This document shows positions 13,520 to 24,046 of a DNA stretch of 64,000 bases, one piece after another (position 1 is the stretch's first letter; each line of letters starts with the position of its first letter). A program made the translations under genes and the position numbers. The notes under the pieces are model-generated. The model had not been told where the DNA came from, searched no databases, and saw nothing but the letters and a program-made list of their open reading frames with translations. The stretch lies in the NCBI GenBank assembly GCA_010093815.1, contig ML996582.1. One strand, given 5' to 3'. The stretch is from Pseudovirgaria hyperparasitica. Its lineage: Eukaryota.

Positions 13520-16500
13520 AAATGGTTATTTACACTTTCTTCGCGTCTAGTAACCGTATAACGCTTGAATTATAGGGCTGCTATATAGAGTTTTCCTAGT
13601 GCACGTCTAGATTTCCTAGTTTAGTACTTCGTTCTCTACGGTATCCTTCTTCTTTTTATAACGACCGCGACGTCGCTATACTTATATTAATAATACGCTA
13701 TTCTATATCTTTTACTTATACGCAGCCATTATAGAACTTAAGATATATACCGCTAGTTCCTAGGTGTCCTTATCCTTAGTATAGTCCTTCTAACGGATTC
13801 TATATTTCTAAATACCGTCTTTATCGATCCTATATTCGATAATATAGTCCACTTTAAACACGTCTAGTCTATCTTAGGGTATAATAGAGTATAACTATAC
13901 GTTCGTATAGCTATACACGTTAGGTCGAAATCTTTTAAGTAGTAAGACGTGGAATATATTATAGATTCTTATATCGCTTCCTAAGTTAAGCTCGTAGACT
14001 CTTATACCAATATAACGTTTGATTCGGAAGGGACCAGCCATTTTATAATCGAGCTTTTTATTTACTCGCGACATTTATATATTATAGATATTAAGAAGGA
14101 CCTCGTCGCCCTCCTCGTACGTCTAATCCTTAGCTAATCTATTATAGTACTTCGTATACGAGTCGTTTACTTATTAGATTATAGTACGATAGTTATATAC
14201 GGTTTCGAAGATTTTAATTACTAATTCCTAAGCGTGGACGTTCATATCTATTATTTAATTAAATTAGACCGTCTAAGGCTTAAAACCTATCCTTAGACTG
14301 CGTCCGAGGTTCGCCTAGAAAGGTATAATATCTATCATACTATAACGACTATTATTATATATGAACTCTACTATACTTAGTAGGGAGGCCTAGTCATCCT
14401 ACTCGAAATTATAGAATACGCGTAGGTAGGCCTCGAGTGTCTAGTTCTATCGCTCTATCTAGCTATCCGTCTAAGAATAAAATACTATAGATATATCTCT
14501 ATTTATACTTACTATTTCGTAGAATAACGTCTAGAATTTGGATATAAAGGTACTTCCTCGGTCCGTAACGATCCTTTTTAGTATACTATAGACCTTAATA
14601 ATCTCGTTCTAGAATACCTACGCTAGTTCTTTAGATATAATCGTCTTCCACACCGGGATATATCTAGATATCTTTATAAGTCTATCTATAATAATAAGAA
14701 TAGAATTATAACTTATTCTAAGTATCTCGCTTAGAGATAAGTTAACTATAAAGTCTATAGTAACGTCTTTCTATATAAAGAGGGGGGCTAAAAGAGGCTA
14801 TAAATTCCTATATAGCTTATGCCTAGGGGCCTTCGTTCTTTAATAAATCGGATAAGTAGCTATCTATTCTTTAATGTACTTAGATATATCTTTCTAAAAA
14901 TAGTACTAACGAATTAAGCTTAGGGTACGTATATACCTAAAGTATCCTACTAGGTTAGCGTTATGGTATTAGCTAACTATATTAAATCGCGTGTTACCCG
15001 TTAGTATATAGTACTTTCTATTATAGTAAAGTAAGCCGTCTATAAAGGTCTACTTATAGTCTACTTTAGTCCGTAATAATCTATCTTACTATATTTTATG
15101 TAACTTTAAAACTATTAGGTCTATCTTCTATAGATCCATAATTAACTAGGTAAGGTTAATTAGATATTCACGCTAGGTATTATCGCCCTTCCCGATAGCG
15201 CTAATAAACGGTCTACTAGGGACTTCGGTACCGCGTCTTTAGTTACCGGCTTCGGTCTTAGAGATTCGATTACTAGCATCGATATTAGTATCTTACTAAT
15301 CGCCTAATAACTTAAAATCCAACCTCGTCCTTAAGAGTTAGGTCTATAGCTACTCTAGGACCCTATAGCTACTATAATCCTAGGCGCCTTCTTCATAGTT
15401 AGGTCTTCTTAATATTCTATTAGCTAGGTTTATACTTCTAGGTTAATAGTAGATTATAAAGTGAAAGTTCGTAAGCTACTTAGCCTATTAGACCTATTAA
15501 TAGTTTAAAACTATCGTGCTTATAAACCCCTTTAAGTTATAGTAATTAGTTAGTAACTCGACGTTATATATAGTACCTTTAAGATAATATCGCTACTATT
15601 TAAACGACTCTACTATTACTAGTAGCTCTTAGTTATAGATAGTATATCTAGTCTTAATATTAACTATTTTACGTAAGAAGAACGTAACTAGATACTATTA
15701 GACCTTTTTAGACTTAGTTAGTCTAGACTAGGAGAGAATACCTAAGATTATAAATCCTAACGCGTCGGTTTCGACGTGGATAGGTTTAGTTAGATCGAAG
15801 TATACTAGTAATAGGGCAGTTATAAATGCCTCTTTAATTTTCTTAAAGGAGGCCCTTTCGCCTTCCGATAATTCTATAGACTATAATTTAATATTACGCT
15901 ATTTCTATCTACCGCGGACCGTAATAGACGAATCTATAGTAGTAGTACGCGCGTTAAGTAGTACTACTAGCCGGGAGAAATACTTAACGAATTTTCAGTA
16001 GTAATTAGCAAATCCAATAAAGACACGTATATCTTAAACTAATTTTAGTTTAGGCTAGTCTATAATAGTAGCGACCCTATCCCTTTCTATGGTTATACCT
16101 TAATTAGTAATAACGAAGCTAAGAAAGTTAATATAGTTCTAGTAGAACTCGTATTTAGATAGCTTAATATATAGCTTATGTTTTTCTAGCCTATCTAGGA
16201 CTACGCGTACGTGCTAGATATGTTCTTCTTCGTTATTAGAGAAGATAAGGATGTTATCGAGGTATATAATGCACGTCGTGTTAAGTAGGCCTACTAGCGC
16301 GTTATTAATATACGCTTAGAAGGTTCCTAGCGCGTTAGTTAGTCTAAAAGGAACCACTATATACTCGAAGTATCCATAACGGGTCCTAAACGCCGTTTTC
16401 CACTTATCGCCCTTCTTAATATATAGGCGGTAGTAGACGTCGCGTAGATTAAGCTTAGTAAAGATCTTCGCGCGCCCTAGTCTATTAATAGACTCGGAGA

Positions 16501-18760
16501 TAAGAGATAGTAGGTAACGATTCTTTCGTGTAATATTATTTAGGCTATAGTAGTCGATATATAGATAGAGACTTCTATCCTTCTTCTTTATAAAGAGGAT
16601 TAGAGCTCCGGCTAGAGATATACTAGGTCTAATCTATTCTCGCGTAAGGTTCTTTTCGATATATTCTCGGAGGACCTATAGCTCAGGTTCTAATAGAGGG
16701 TATATAGGTCCATATAGAGGTTATTAACGGTCTTCGAGGTTAATAGTAAGATTAGTAGATTAGTATTAAGGTAATTTGGACGAGTCGATCGCTAACGCGA
16801 TATATTAGTATATTTTATACTAATATAGTAGGTTTTCGTCTACTTTAATACTAAGCTCTCTATTTTAAGTAAGTAAGAGGATGTAGATAGCGGAGATTAC
16901 CTTTTCGTAGTCCTTCTAGAATTATTCGTCGTCGACTAGCTATACTAGGTTCTATTATAGTAGGTATATATGCTAGCCAGCTGTTTTCTAGATAAAGTCT
17001 AGTTTCGGGTTATATTTTTTAAGCTATAGTATACTAAGGATCATGTCGAAGGGACTATCTACCATAATAAAGGTTAAGTAGTAGGGTTTCCACTTCCCCC
17101 CGCTATCCTAGATACTATATTTAATAGTATAGGTACCCTATAATTTAATAGGACTATCGATACTATAGAAGGTAATATCTATTAGTACTTAAATATCGAC
17201 GTTAAGTTCTCGTGCTCGTTAAGTTAATATAACGTTAGTAGCTAAACCGCTATCGAGCATTATGGTCTAGTATTATCCACGAGAGACCTTAATAGGCCTA
17301 GCCTATAGTTTAATATACTAGTTAGCTAGTTATCCCTCTATTTTAGTTACGCCTATAAGTCGCGAGGGTTCCTTATAGATAGTTAGTTTTTTATATTATA
17401 TACCGGGTAGTTAGGCGCGATATATTCTAGCTACTAGCACTTATAGTATATAACTAACTTAGTATCTATATTAGTATTTAGTAGTTTCCCTAAGCGGCAC
17501 TCGGGTACTATATAGCCTATCCTACTATAGGTATAGTAGGTAACTTTAGGTCGTTTATATAAGTCGTTTCTCGCGTCTTAATATATCGACTAGTAGAAAG
17601 ATCCGTAGTACGGGCCTTATCTTCTCGAGTTCGTAGAGTAGTAGCGCCCACGAGGTATTCCGCGCGATCTATTACTAAACCGGTCCTCTTTAGATAATTT
17701 TACATTAGATTAGATTAATAGAGATAGTCGTGCGTCTATACGACGTTAGTTATTTATTATATACTAATGTTATTCTATAAGATTCGCGAGTACCTAAAGG
17801 TTAGTAGAGATAGACGTTATAAGGTCGATGCGTTCCTTTATACTCGGGTTAAGGGACCTTTTAAAGTCATCGCATTATCGAACTATATAATCTTCCTTAG
17901 CTTCTCTCTAAAGAGGTCGGAGGTATTTAAGAAGTTATAACGGGGATTATCTCTCTCGCTATTAAGTCTTAAAGATATAGCTCTAAGCCTATTCGCGTCG
18001 CTCGGCTCTATTACCGAAGTATTAAAGAAGGAATTCGGTAAACGTGTCCTAGTTATACGCATCCTTAGAGTATTTAATTTAATATACTATCTAACGTTTA
18101 GATGGCGTTAGGTCTAGATAGTTCTATATAAACCTAATCTTATTACTATCGTTCGGGAATAGGTAGAAGAATCGGCTATACTAGTAAGTCTATTTATAAA
18201 AGCTCCTCCTAGTTTTACTATTAAAGTAAGGTAGTTTCTTAGGCTAAGGTAACTAGGATAGTAATAGACTTAGTTAGACTATTTCGGCTTAAGTTAGTCT
18301 ATATTAGTATAGATTAGTTACTACTAGCACTAAAGCGCGTAGTACGGCTTCAAGTCTAGCAGTTCATCCTCACGCTTTATCAAGTTCACAAAGTTACTAC
18401 TCGAGCTAAGCCTAACGCTACCTCTCCGCGTATAGCTTAGTATATATATTATTATAAGGCGTGGTTAACGTTAGTCGGTTCTAATAAATTAATTCGTTAA
18501 CGTTAATAGGGTCTAGTCTTATAGTAAGGATAGGTCTAGTATAGTATAAACTAGACCGCGATGGAGTATAATAGACTCCTTCCTTATTATCTAGGTAATC
18601 TTCCACGGTTATACGGAATACTATACTAGTTATTAGTACGATAGCCTATAGAGTATACTTATTAGTAGAGGTAGTTATAGGGAGACTATTCTCTTTATTT
18701 AGATTTAGAGAGAGTCTCTCGTATAAGGTAGTACTACGGGTATTATAGCGCGTAGTAGGA
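13520..18760 (-). pseudogene. gag-pol of Gypsy B (RIP-disrupted; limits approximate)
   Basis: Gag CCHC (de-RIP CYTCGRIGHIAPEC, ~17495-17540); slippery GGGAAAC (17490-17484); protease 'MLDSG' (~17250); RT 'YLD(D)ILI' (~16244-16264); integrase 'AGPF' (~14030); chromodomain 'FEVD.IIEHR..YRIRWKDY..DTWEP' (~13755-13860). Confidence 0.88.
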
Positions 18761-18806
18761 GCTATCTCTATAAGCTACTATTATACTATATAGAGAGAAA
18801 TTAAAA

Positions 18807-19044
18807 TATAAAGAGTAAAGACGTAGGATAGTAGTCTAATAGTTTATAGAGAGATATAGGAATATATTTATAGAGTAATCTTACTCTTATATAAGGTTAA
18901 TTCCTAACGAGTAGGAATCGGTTTATACGGTCTACTTATATAGTAACCTCGCTTAACTTAGCTAACTTAACCTAGCTCTAGCCACTACGTGGCTACATGG
19001 ATTAGAATAGTCTATATAGGTCCGTTATAGTTCCCGTCCTAATA
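18807..19044 (-). repeat. 5' LTR of Gypsy B
   Basis: Direct repeat of 10962-11199. Confidence 0.95.
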
Positions 19045-20195
19045 GATAGGCTACTAGGGAGGGGGCACGTCGCCTCTAAATCGACGCCTTTATAGAACCA
19101 CTAGTATAGAGCATACAAGTACTCGGCGTCATGATTAATAATAAGCTAAAATAGGGACCATAGGTGGTACACGCCGTCTCTAGAGCTCTCTAGATAGAAA
19201 CCACTATACGCCGGATTATAGTATCTACGTAGAGAATAGCCCGGGATAAGGCGAGATAGCTATACGTCTCCCTAGCACGCCTAGCCTTTATATATAGATA
19301 CGAGTACTAGTACACGGCCCTTATATAAGCTCGGCAGGTAAAGCTTAAGTCTATATAAAACCGTATACTCCGCCTTATCTCTAGCGTATATAAAGCTACT
19401 AACACGACGCTCCTCTAACGCGAGATAAATATAACAAGTATATAGGACTTCTACTAGATATAGAGACTTATATACTTTACTAAATAATAAGTATAAGAAC
19501 GTAGAGAAGATAGGGTATATACCTTCACTATACTACGTACACGTATCCGCGCGTATTACTAGGCCCTCCCTACTATAGAATAAACTCGAGTATAATATAA
19601 ATACTATATAGAGGCGGACTCGAGCTAGACCGCGTAGAAGGTTCAAAATAACCTAGATACCGTCCTAAGCTAATAGAGCCCTAAGGAGCTTAGCCGCGTT
19701 ATACAGTCATAGATCTAGAATAAATAGAGAGAGATACTTAAAGCCTAGTGGGCCTCCTAATAGGATAGGTATCTAGAATAGATCCGAGGGCCTTAGAAGG
19801 AACTAAGTAAATAGATATATAAAGGGCTAACGAAGGCCTAAGTATCTATACTCCTCTAAGCCCGAATAGGCGCTATAGATCTCCTATATTACCTCTACTA
19901 GAGAGGCGTCCTAGATATATCTCCCTAGTGCGAGGACTATAGCCGGAGAGATATAATACGCCACTACCTCGCGACGTGCTCTAGCCTCTATACTCTAAGA
20001 TAAGCCCTCGTCCGTATAATAAGGACCTCTAATATTATATAATAGCTTAATAAGTACCCTAAGGACGTCGCCCGATAGATACTTATATACCTTCCTCTCC
20101 TCTAGTTCTAGTAGACCCGCGTATATATACCGGAAGAAGCCTAATATATACCGGAAGAACCCCGGTATACGTCGGAAGAACCCTAGGAGAACCGC

Positions 20196-20230
20196 GATTA
20201 TTAGTTAAGGGCAGCCCTTAACTAATAATC
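20196..20230. repeat. Perfect palindrome, 16-bp arms with 3-nt spacer, at the LINE ORF2 end
   Basis: GATTATTAGTTAAGGG-CAG-CCCTTAACTAATAATC; preceded by three ~21-bp repeats with core CGGAAGAA (~20123-20185). Confidence 0.9.
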
Positions 20231-20814
20231 TCCGTACCTACACGTGCTGGCTAAGGGTAAACCATTATAATATAGGCTATAGGCCTATAGGTAGCCCCTA
20301 GGGCTATATATATATAAAGAACGAGAGGATAGATAGAGCGTAGTTATGGATATAAGGGAGTTTTTCCTATTCATAGGTTTCTTCTTATATAGTAGCTTAG
20401 ACTAGAGGAGGCATGCGCCTATAGAGTGGTACTCTACCTAGTTTACTAATATTATTATTATTATTATAAGATAATTTACTTAAAGTCTTAATCCTATACT
20501 TACTTACTAAATAACCTTAATAAATATACTCTAAATACTTATCGGACTTTATAAATACCGCCCTATAGATTAAGCTATACTTCTTATAAAATAAGTAAGG
20601 GAAAGGTATCTTATTACTCTTATAATTAATTAAGATAGATAAAGTAACTCTCTATTTCGCTAGATTAGACTTAGAAGACTTAACTAATTTTATAACCCTA
20701 GATATAATAAAAGAAAAGAAAGAAGGGCTCCTTACTAAAGGAAGTTAGAATAACTCTCCGCTTATAAGTAGCTATAGAAGTACTTTAGGATAAAGTACCT
20801 TAGGAGAGATATTA

Positions 20815-21343
20815 TATAATAAATTACTAGCTAGAGCTATAGAAAGATACGTAGACTCTAGTACGAGTAGTATAAGAGATAGTATAATATATAAAAGAGA
20901 GGCCTATAATATAATAGATAGCCTTAGATAATAATCTAAGGCTAAGGTAGATACCTATAGGGAGAGCTAATTATAGATACTTAGAATAGATATTCTAAGT
21001 AGCCTACTAGATAATTAAGAATAGAATATTAGTATTCTAAGTAATATACTAAATACTTAGAATAAGTATTCTAATTAGCGGACCTTAGTAGAACTATATA
21101 GACCCTTTAGACCTAATCTCTAGAGATAGTTCTATAGTAATTAATTTAAACTTATACTATTATAATTACTACTTTACTTACCTACTAGCTAGTTACTATT
21201 TATACCCTATTAATACTTACTATAAACCTACTTATACTCCTCTAAGCCTTCTAAGTATCTTTATCTATAGGAAAGCTAGAATACTCTATATAATAGACTA
21301 CTTTAGGGATAAGCCGTATCCTTAGTAGAAAAGGTTTATTATA
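20815..21343 (+). repeat. 3' LTR of Gypsy A
   Basis: Direct repeat of 908-1436. Confidence 0.95.
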
Positions 21344-24046
21344 GGTAGCTATACCGGTAAAAACTTTAAGAATCTAATAATAGCTATACTTAAGAGATAG
21401 AGGATCGAAGATAGAGTTAGCTACTTCATCCTTAATAGAGTAAGTAATAATACTATAGCGGTGGAACTCCTTATAAAGGAACTTCCTAGTATAGGTAAAT
21501 ATTCACGTCTTTATTACTTTCTATACTACCTTAATCTTATCGCCTAGGCGCTTCTTTTTAGTAAGGATAAGAATATATTTAATAAGTTATCTAAGGATCT
21601 TATCGCCAAGCTTACCTTCCTTTAAGAATAGCGGAAAAAAGGTCTAATTATAGTACTCTAGTCTATTATCTACTTTATCTATTACTCTACTAAGAGACGC
21701 TAGAGGTTCGAGGCTATATAGAAGAAGATTTATAATAAGAACACGCTTATAAAGGATATAAAGTTTATCCTAGTTTAACTAAAGAAGCTAGTTAAGACGC
21801 GCTAGAATAGCTATTACGACTTCATGGAGCGTAGCCTTATATTATAAGCTATAATTAATAAGTTTATTAAGGAAATTCTCTTCTAAAGTTAGCGACGTAG
21901 TAATCTATAGTAGTCTAACCGAGATCTCTTTATAGATACTAAAGATAAAGACTCTAATAATAAAGTAGTTAACTTAGCGAATAGAATCCTATTATTTATT
22001 ATAGAAGGTAGACTTAATAACTATAACTAGAGTATTATTTATATATACGTTAATACTCTCTTATCTATTAAGAAAGTACTTCTATAAACTAAAGAAAGAG
22101 GCTATAAGGCTAATTATAGAGTAATCTAGTAAATTCTTCTATTAATATGCTTCCTAGAATTATACTTTAATAACCTTAGGTTTTCTAAATCTACTTCTAT
22201 TATATCTATCGGTAAAGTATAGCCTAATCTACCGCTTAAAGACTATTTATAGATTATAATTAATAACATAAGAAGTAAGCTAGTAAAGTACTATAACCTA
22301 GTAAAGGAAAACGTTATATATTATACTACTATATATCTTTATTCTATATAGAAATACTTCTTTAAGTAAGATAATAAGGATCTAATAGACTTATATCTAT
22401 AGGTATTACGAGATAGCCTAAAATTAGACTTTCTTATACTCTATTACTTATACTAATCTCTATTACCCTTCTCGCTACTATCTCTACCTCTTCTAGTTAT
22501 ATAATCTCTACCTTAGCTATTATAAGTAGAGTAATACTTAGATAAAATAAAGATAAAGGGCCCTAAAAGGTAAGAGGAGAATAAGCTAAGTATCTATCGT
22601 CGCCTTAATAGTAAGTCTAATCTTATAGATAGTCTAATCTAGTAGTAGCTAGATAGAAAGAATAAGTTTCTTTACCTTTATAAACTTATAATTAACGTAC
22701 TCTCTATACTAGCTTTAAGCTATAATAATAAATATATATTTAGTAAGATAGAAGATATAATTATACTATAACAAAGTAAGATAAGCCTACTATTAATTAG
22801 CTATCTATAAGATTTAAAGAGTTAGTAGTATTATAGCCTTATCTATAACTAGTAGCTTACGTAAAAGTATACTAGTTAGTTTCTTATTAAATTTAGATGA
22901 TTTAGTACTTAAATCTACCTAGGTATATACTAAGGCGTACGAAAATCGACTATATAGTCTTAAATATATGATATTTTAACTATGTTTACGAGATTCTTCG
23001 ACTACCTACTAAACTTTAGTTTAACTTAGTTAACTTTAATTCTACTACTAGAACTAATAGTTTAGTTTAAATATATAGTAGGGTAAACTAAAGTACTTTA
23101 GTTTAACTTTAAATATAGGCATAGAATTGAACTGATTGTTTGATAGGAAGTCTGCTCACACCTCAACCTCACCCCCTGACCATGCAAACACCACAACATC
23201 ACACGCCTAAAAGCGCACTTAAAGTCAATTGTATTAATTATATCAAGTATCACCATCACTATCGCCCTCTCTGCATCACTGTCATCGATACATACCCATC
23301 GTTTCTCAATCCCAAGTTACGACCCCAGCCCCTTTCTCGTATTCAAATACGAAAAATCCACACGGCCCCTTGAACTTCCACCATCCGTGGCCCCGGCTCT
23401 TCCACTATATCCCTATCCCTATACACAATGAGAAACTCTACAATCAACCCCAAAACGGTGTATATCCATCAATCCATCTCTGTCCAGCGTCGTCGTAGTA
23501 TCACAATATTCTATAGCACATTGCCTATCTCTGCTGTATAGATATGTTACGTGTATACACTCACATACACGATCACGCCTACAAGTATACAACTGCGGAT
23601 AACGCCATACATGTACAGATAATGGAAGATATAAGCAGATCATAGATCGCAAAATAGTGCATAATGACATTGCTAGACAAGAGGTCGAGAAAGAGGTCGA
23701 GAAGGATTGTCTTCTTTAGGTTGATCTATTGATTATGAGAAGGAATGAGGAGAAAATAGAAGAATTGGTATTTTCAAGGTAGGGGCTACATACAGGAGTC
23801 CAGAGGTATACTACATCGTCGCCGCCATTGACGAGTAGCCAGGAACTAGAGATCTCAGAGGCCTCATGACGTATCGAAGAGCGCGTATGTGGGTAGCAAT
23901 ATAGACATGCGCTGACGAGCGAACGACGTACCTCACCAGGACATGAAGACGAGCGCTACTCCGAAGCATATCTCGCTCTCGGGACTCGTACTCTTACCGG
24001 AGCGTATCCACTGCCTGGCGAAAACAATACAATACGACACAATCCA

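Larger units (their letters stand above)
10962..19044 (-). mobile_element. Ty3/Gypsy chromovirus LTR retrotransposon B (RIP-inactivated, about 8.1 kb)
   Basis: 238-bp LTRs at 10962-11199 and 18807-19044; TSD AATAG (10957-10961) / GATAG (19045-19049); polypurine tract on the minus strand at ~11203-11217; inserted in the LINE RT just after 'FAPEK.QLIHF'. Confidence 0.93.
7082..20463 (+). mobile_element. Full-length Tad1-like LINE (non-LTR retrotransposon), RIP-inactivated, split by Gypsy B
   Basis: 15-bp TSD TTATAAGATAATTTA (7067-7081 / 20464-20478; left part overlaps the tail). (ATT)n tail at ~20450-20463. ORF1 has a CCHC knuckle (QCFNCQGYGH, ~8350). ORF2 has APE endonuclease 'GDFNLHH' (~9200), RT 'KAPGLDGIPN' (~10140), 'WRPIALL', 'GIPQGSTISPILF' (~10700), 'GYADD' (10791-10805), thumb 'VLGVMIDNKLKW' (~19120) and a C-terminal CCHC (~19930-19980). 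Confidence 0.92.
6790..20705 (-). pseudogene. Antisense accessory gene of Gypsy A: Zn2Cys6-like domain plus coiled coil; exon 1 20705-20480, exon 2 7024 to ~6790, with the LINE inserted in its intron
   Basis: Exon 1 has Tyr codons spaced as C-x2-C-x6-C-x9-C-x2-C-x9-C once TAC/TAT are read as TGC/TGT. A reconstructed 58-nt GT..CTAG intron keeps phase into an exon 2 that de-RIPs to 'TAFARLERLEKQQKLLERRQ..ML.QNL..MDLEEEE'. Confidence 0.6.
908..21343 (+). mobile_element. Ty3/Gypsy chromovirus LTR retrotransposon A (RIP-inactivated; about 7 kb once nested inserts are removed)
   Basis: Two 529-bp LTRs with RIP-altered TGT...ACA ends; 5-bp TSD GATAG (903-907) / GGTAG (21344-21348); purine-rich tract before the 3' LTR (~20801-20810); order gag, PR, RT, RH, IN, chromodomain. 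Confidence 0.93.
1..23120. other. AT-rich, RIP-mutated transposon block
   Basis: Strong TpA excess and near absence of CpA/TpG; reading frames full of TAA/TAG where CAA/CAG/TGG are expected; almost no ORFs; abrupt switch to normal composition at about 23,120. Confidence 0.95.
1..23120 (+). mobile_element. RIP-degraded hAT-family DNA transposon (pieces 1-907 and 21344 to ~23120), split by Gypsy A; 5' end lies outside the window and 3' end is approximate
   Basis: De-RIP reading gives a BED-like 'TNLAGHLRDKH' (~405-440) and 'KIHISFDGWSS' (~775-807). The frame continues across the insertion as 'LPEIR(G)SHTGKNF' into 'GYFILDGASNN' (~21420), 'RLRCFLHCLNLIAQALL' (~21505-21557) and a hAT dimerisation motif 'WWQ..FPHLYKLAIDVLSIPASS..ER.FS' (~22640-22745). 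Confidence 0.85.

Noticed and set aside
903..19049. Both Gypsy TSDs read GATAG-like, suggesting a shared target preference
   Set aside because: RIP drives many 5-mers toward this form, and two sites are too few to infer a preference.
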